A stretch of DNA of 32,000 bases from Candidatus Saccharimonadota bacterium (lineage in GTDB: Bacteria; Patescibacteriota; Gracilibacteria; UBA4473): positions 60,001 through 92,000 of the forward strand of contig JACKFV010000001.1 in NCBI GenBank assembly GCA_020632335.1. The letters run 5' to 3'. Shown piece by piece: positions 27,658-32,000 of the stretch. How positions within the stretch are numbered: the stretch's first letter is position 1; every line of letters begins with the position of its first letter. Both the position numbers and the translations under genes were made by a program. The notes below the pieces were generated by a model. That model did no database searches. It was not told the origin of the DNA and worked only from the letters and a program-made list of their open reading frames with translations.

Positions 27658-27999
27658 CTAGGGTCGCCGCTTCGGAGCCTGAGGGTTATAACGCAGGCAC
27701 TCGCCTACCCAGTACGCCAGCGTCTGGTCATCCTCAGCCTCGCCCCCCTCTAGGAGGAACCACCCCCGCATACGCCTGCCCGTCAGGTCCATCACCCGGC
27801 AGCCAGGCCTCTCGAGGGGCGTATCGCCCAGCGCTGGGTCCAGCCGCACGAGGATTTCCTCCCCCACCACGCCCATGCGGAGCTTCCCCGCGACCATATA
27901 CCCAAGGCCACCAAAGAGCCGCTGCGCTATCGGCACCGCTCCCTGCGCCCGCAGCGCCTCCTCTACCCGCTCGGCCAGGTACTCACTATAGGCCATCAC
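27658..27999 (-). CDS. TfoX/Sxy N-terminal-domain-only protein
   Basis: 113 aa with the recalled TfoX_N pattern ..QRLFGGLGYMVAGKLRMGVVGEEILVRLD...RRMRGWFLLE......LAYWVGECL. The start (GTG 27999 or ATG 27996) overlaps the regulator stop codon. Confidence 0.6.
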   Translation of the reverse strand: MMAYSEYLAERVEEALRAQGAVPIAQRLFGGLGYMVAGKLRMGVVGEEILVRLDPALGDTPLERPGCRVMDLTGRRMRGWFLLEGGEAEDDQTLAYWVGECLRYNPQAPKRRP

Positions 28000-28673
28000 C
28001 GGCCCTGCATAATGAGCTCCACGACCTCAAAGGGGGTATAGTCTGACTTCCGGAGAAATTTATCAGCCCCCAGTCGTAGTGCTTTTTCCATATCCTCCTG
28101 CAGTTCTAGGTTCGAGCAGATGTAGATGCGGCACTGATGCGAGGAGTTTTGCTTCAGTGCTGTGAGCGTCTCAAAGCCGTCCATCTGCGGCATCATGATG
28201 TCCAGGAGGATACAGTCCGGCTTCACCGCAATGGCCTGCGTGATGCCCTCTATGCCATTAGCAGCCGTGGAGACCTCCACCCCAGATTGCTCAAATGCCA
28301 GTCGGTACATCATGCTAATTTCCGCATTATCCTCGATGATGAGCACCTTCCTCGGCCCGCTAGCCTTGCCCGAGAGCTTCTCCCCTATTACTTCTACCTC
28401 CCTCAGCAGCTGCTCCGGTGTGTAGGCCGATGGCGAGAAATGATAGGCCACCCCCGGTGCCTCCCGCATGCCGTAGTGAACCAGCGTGGTCTTCTCCCCC
28501 AGTAGCTGCACGGCGTCGGCCATAGCGTGCGCGTCTTGTGTGTCGTCGAGGATCACCGCGTCATACGACCGCTGCTGCAGCCTATGCAGCGCCTGGGCCA
28601 CCGTGGGGCTGACGACACTAAACACCCCGCTGTAACGCATGGGCTGGGTCGTAATAAGGAGGAGTTTCATCAC
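27996..28673 (-). CDS. Stand-alone response regulator: degenerate N-terminal receiver plus canonical receiver, no output domain
   Basis: The second half, VLIIEDN...ILLDIMMPQMDG...ICSN...ADKFLRKS, carries the acidic pocket, the phospho-Asp, and the Ser and Lys positions. The first ~100 aa are REC-like but lack the N-terminal acidic pair. Confidence 0.8.
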   Translation of the reverse strand: MMKLLLITTQPMRYSGVFSVVSPTVAQALHRLQQRSYDAVILDDTQDAHAMADAVQLLGEKTTLVHYGMREAPGVAYHFSPSAYTPEQLLREVEVIGEKLSGKASGPRKVLIIEDNAEISMMYRLAFEQSGVEVSTAANGIEGITQAIAVKPDCILLDIMMPQMDGFETLTALKQNSSHQCRIYICSNLELQEDMEKALRLGADKFLRKSDYTPFEVVELIMQGR

Positions 28674-28714
28674 AGAGGGGTATGGCGAGTATACCGAGTA
28701 GCACGTCTACTTCT

Positions 28715-30820
28715 TCACCGTTTCTTCACCACATCTTCATTATAAGGGATATGGCAGGTAAATGTCGAGCCTTTTCCTTCGATACTGGTGGCGGTGATGT
28801 CCCCGTGCATGCTCCGGAGGATTTTTTGTACAATACTCAGCCCCAGTCCAGAGCCCTTATGTTCCTTCTGCAGGTAGTTCCTCACCTGCCGGAATTTTTC
28901 AAAGAGCCGCGGGACCTCCTCCGGCGGGATGCCGATGCCCGTATCCTCCACCACCCAGTGTAGCTGCTCCTGCTCGGCGTAGACCTCCAGCGTTATCTGC
29001 CCTCCAGCGGGCGTGAATTTCATCGCATTCCCGATGAGATTGCGGAGCACCAGCTCTATCTTCTCTGCGTCGGTATAGACCGTCAGTGGCAGCCCCTCAC
29101 TCCGCACGAGCGTAAACCCTATCCCCCGCTGCTCACACGCCAGGGCATAGTCGCCCTCTATACGGCTGAGAAAGGGCTCCAGCGGGAAGCGCGTGTACGA
29201 GAACTCCATCTTCCCGGCCTCTATCTTCGAGATGTCGAGAATATTATTCACGAGCTTGATCAGCGAGTCAGTAGAGCCGTAGATCTTCTGGAGGAAATCG
29301 CGCTGCTGGTCACTCAGCTGGCCGAACTTCCCACTGAGAAGGAAATCCGAGTAGCCCTTAATGATGGTCATGGGCGTGCGCAGCTCATGCGATGCCACCG
29401 AGAGGAACGAGCTCTTGGCCGCGTCTATCTCCTTCAGGCGCTCATTGGCGCGCTGCAGTTCCTCGGTCTTGACCTTCACCTGATGGCGCAAATCCTCGTT
29501 ATAGAGCAGCACCGAGAGACTCAGCCCCAGGTGCAGCGAGAGGGACTCCAGCAGGTCGATTTCCTCCTTGGTGTAGGCTCCCTGGTGCGGTTTGTCCCCC
29601 ATCACCAGTACCCCTATGAGCTGCTCGCCCCGGTAGAGCGGCAGCACCGCCTCTCCCAGCCGCCCCACCCCCTCGGTGTAGGGGTAGACCGTCTGCTGGT
29701 CGGCCTGCTTATGCAGCAGCTCCGAGTACACAAGTGTCTCCCGGTGGTGCGTTAGTTCCTCCCGCAGCGCCGCATAGGGCTGCAGGGGCAGGGCGCTCAA
29801 CGGCACAATGCGCGCGTCGCTATAGTAAAGCTCTCCCACAAAGACGCTCTTCAGCTCGTGCTGCAGCTCCTCCAGCGAGTGGTAGAAATCATCACGATTC
29901 TTGATGCGCTCTACCCCACGCTTGAGGTTGGTGAAGGACATCAGCCGGAACACCCGGTCAAAGGGAATCAGCCGGCTGCCTTCCTGCACCAGGTGACTCG
30001 CAAAAAAGAGCCCTGTAATATACACCCACACCCAGCCCTCCACCGCCCACCCGTGCCAGTAGATGAGATACCACGCCCCCAGCAGCGCCACCCCCAGCGC
30101 CCCGAAGATACTCACCGCGTTCTTGATGCTGGAGAGAAACGCCACTTCCAGATTCCCCAGACGGTAGGCGCCAATGGCAGCACTATAAATGAGTACTTGT
30201 AGAGAAGCAAATGTATTCACCACCGGAGGGATATTAATATCGTAGAAGTGGAAGAAATTAGTCGCCCCAAAAATAGAGGTAATAATCTCCCCTACCAACA
30301 AAGTGTTAATAAACGGTAGATCTTTTCCCCGATTACTTTGTCGCGCCTCTAGCAGTAAATAAAAACTATAACAGAAGTACAACGCATAAAATGCCAACCA
30401 TACAGGGTAGAGCATGCCTGGCTCTGCCCAATATCGGAAGCTCTCCACAGATTTTAACCCTTCAATAAAGTAGGGGGAAAAAGAAAAACATGCAAAAAAA
30501 ATACTCAAGAGATACCCCAGAATAAGTATCTTTTTGTGGCATTCAATACCTCCTAATAATGCCAGGACAAAATGGAGATTCGCTACTGGTATAAATACCG
30601 CCCCGATATGTAATAACCGGAAAGAGAGTAGCGAATTACTAGCGGAGTCCTGTACAAATGGGAAGAAATACCCCGCACTCCAGAGAGCAATGGTGAAACA
30701 AAAAAGGAGAAATGTTCTATTTACCTGACTCTGGGTATTCTGAAAATACACCACTATACCACTCACCAGTGAGACCACCAGATTTATAAGGCCGCTAATA
30801 CCTATCCAAAGGTAGAGCAT
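28715..30820 (-). CDS. Sensor histidine kinase: N-terminal multi-TM sensor, GAF-like domain, HisKA, HATPase_c
   Basis: H box SHELRTPMT, N box LRNLIGNAMKFTP, G1 VEDTGIGIP, G2 GSGLGLSIV. GAF-like LPLYRGEQLIGVLVMGD. The first ~280 aa contain about 7 hydrophobic helices. Confidence 0.9.
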   Translation of the reverse strand: MLYLWIGISGLINLVVSLVSGIVVYFQNTQSQVNRTFLLFCFTIALWSAGYFFPFVQDSASNSLLSFRLLHIGAVFIPVANLHFVLALLGGIECHKKILILGYLLSIFFACFSFSPYFIEGLKSVESFRYWAEPGMLYPVWLAFYALYFCYSFYLLLEARQSNRGKDLPFINTLLVGEIITSIFGATNFFHFYDINIPPVVNTFASLQVLIYSAAIGAYRLGNLEVAFLSSIKNAVSIFGALGVALLGAWYLIYWHGWAVEGWVWVYITGLFFASHLVQEGSRLIPFDRVFRLMSFTNLKRGVERIKNRDDFYHSLEELQHELKSVFVGELYYSDARIVPLSALPLQPYAALREELTHHRETLVYSELLHKQADQQTVYPYTEGVGRLGEAVLPLYRGEQLIGVLVMGDKPHQGAYTKEEIDLLESLSLHLGLSLSVLLYNEDLRHQVKVKTEELQRANERLKEIDAAKSSFLSVASHELRTPMTIIKGYSDFLLSGKFGQLSDQQRDFLQKIYGSTDSLIKLVNNILDISKIEAGKMEFSYTRFPLEPFLSRIEGDYALACEQRGIGFTLVRSEGLPLTVYTDAEKIELVLRNLIGNAMKFTPAGGQITLEVYAEQEQLHWVVEDTGIGIPPEEVPRLFEKFRQVRNYLQKEHKGSGLGLSIVQKILRSMHGDITATSIEGKGSTFTCHIPYNEDVVKKR

Positions 30821-30826
30821 CCTCCC

Positions 30827-30832
30827 ATACTA
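30827..30832 (-). promoter_or_regulatory. -10-like hexamer of the kinase operon (leaderless geometry)
   Basis: On the minus strand: TAGTAT, then 6 nt (gggagg), then ATG 30820. Confidence 0.4.
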
Positions 30833-30890
30833 CCACAACACCTAAAAAAAGGAAGCTTCGATATGCTATATACCGTTGCTTCCTGTAGAG

Positions 30891-32000
30891 TCAGGACAGT
30901 CGCCTGACCAAGAGAATATTTTGACTTGGGTGCACTGGATGCACCCCCACTTCAAACCGTTTTCCTTCTTTTCCAAACTCCCTTAGTGCCTTCTCTGCTA
31001 ATTGCAGAAGCTGCTCAGTAGTGCGTTCGTGAAGGAACCAATTGTAGAGAATCCTCAAGAATTTACCCTGAGGATTATAGGCATAATTGCCAGAGGCGTA
31101 TACCCCCCCCACTTCTAGATTTCCGCACCCGGCAACTATATGACGACAGTAGTACTCATCAGAGAAGTAGTCATCTACTCCGTCAGAAAACTCTCTAAAC
31201 ACTGACTGCCCGCGGGGAAGTCGCACATCAGCGCTCCTCCCTGTCTTGATCACGTATTCTATCGGCAATCTCTTTAGAATATGCCTCGCGATTATCTCAG
31301 CCTCCGGGTCGGTATCAAGTAAAACCCATCGAACCTTTTCAATGAGTAAACGACCAGCAGGATCGCGTACATTCTCGAAAACCTGATAGAAAGCAAAGGG
31401 TTTTATCCCCGGACCAGAAGGCCCATCCACTACCACCTTTCTTTCTCCTTCAGGGAGCTCTATAGCATACAGTGCCTCTGCCAACGCGCAAATCCCATAC
31501 CACTGCCGAGCCCAAAGTGGTTCTGCATCTTGCCCTGCATACGCATAGCGGTTGCAGTTGATCTCCCCTTGGTACAGAAGATACATGCGGAGCATCAACA
31601 TAAGATGCCCCGGATATGCCGAGTATGGCGTATCCGATGGCTGCTTCTGCTGCCACAACATAGACCCAAAGTAAAACCGTGGAGCCACAGTGGCATGAAA
31701 CATGATAAGCTGCTCTTTGCTGAGCCGCCTTTGTTGTATCAACCACAGAAGTCCTTGAAGGAGGCCATTAACCTTCGCATCCTGTGCTGGCGTCGGTCCT
31801 GTCGTTTCTTTAATACTATCCAGGAACGATAGTATCTCCGACCAGATTGTGTCCGGGCGCTGTGGAACCGGAAGTTCCATTGTAGACACTTCACGCTGTA
31901 ACCGTTCCCAAAACTGGTTATATCCCTGTTCCGCTTCTTTAGACCCCTTTATGTAGTTTGCTGCAGAGGTGAATACGACAGGATTTTTTCCTACCCAGCA
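30891..32000 (-). CDS. Hypothetical protein, probably 5'-truncated by the window edge
   Basis: The ORF track starts it at GTG 31889, but the same frame stays open with no stop through nt 32000 (..NYIKGSKEAEQGYNQFWERLQREVSTMELP..). The weak Rossmann/methyltransferase-like pattern VVVDGPSGPG ... VLLDTDPEAEIIAR is suggestive only. GC is lower than in the rest of the window. Confidence 0.45.
   Translation of the reverse strand, partial: CWVGKNPVVFTSAANYIKGSKEAEQGYNQFWERLQREVSTMELPVPQRPDTIWSEILSFLDSIKETTGPTPAQDAKVNGLLQGLLWLIQQRRLSKEQLIMFHATVAPRFYFGSMLWQQKQPSDTPYSAYPGHLMLMLRMYLLYQGEINCNRYAYAGQDAEPLWARQWYGICALAEALYAIELPEGERKVVVDGPSGPGIKPFAFYQVFENVRDPAGRLLIEKVRWVLLDTDPEAEIIARHILKRLPIEYVIKTGRSADVRLPRGQSVFREFSDGVDDYFSDEYYCRHIVAGCGNLEVGGVYASGNYAYNPQGKFLRILYNWFLHERTTEQLLQLAEKALREFGKEGKRFEVGVHPVHPSQNILLVRRLS

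Overview
This is a compact, gene-dense bacterial chromosomal segment. Hand-counted 60-nt lines in the main body give about 55-68% GC. There are about 30 protein genes and 2 tRNAs. I saw no CRISPR array, transposase, integrase or prophage genes. The content is mostly housekeeping. It includes yidD, a class A PBP, tRNA-Pro(GGG), photolyase, a YdcF/DUF218-like protein and miaA. It also includes a coiled-coil M23 peptidase, nth, gyrB, a short PilB/GspE ATPase, glyA and tRNA-Ser(GCU). There is a copper cluster, made of a multicopper oxidase lipoprotein, a secreted Cys-pair protein and an HMA-MauE-like membrane protein. The rest comprises a Pif1/RecD-like helicase, mfd, a NUDIX hydrolase, an ATE/Bpt-like aminoacyl-tRNA-protein transferase, two prepilin-type proteins and an RRM RNA-binding protein. 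The right end carries a histidine kinase, tandem-REC regulator and TfoX_N operon, then an unidentifiable gene running off the edge. Taxon is not determinable from the sequence alone. Five things stand out. (1) Eight genes have a TAnnnT -10-like hexamer exactly 6 nt upstream of the start codon, usually with a TTGACA-like -35 placed 16 nt further up. This implies leaderless mRNAs and helps fix start codons. (2) Three frame disruptions in two genes sit exactly at simple repeats. An (AT)11 tract lies between the ATG and the lipobox of a solute-binding lipoprotein, and a G6 run lies inside the same gene. A perfect 11-bp tandem duplication splits the helicase from its C-terminal HTH domain. (3) The copper module includes an orphan secreted protein with CC pairs. 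(4) A sensor kinase, a pseudo-REC+REC regulator and a TfoX_N-only protein are translationally coupled and have no recognisable DNA-binding output. (5) GC drops sharply from about 60-68% to about 32-48% inside the kinase ORF at about nt 30180, and the low-GC state persists to the window end. All functional calls rest on motif recognition by eye, and no database search was possible.
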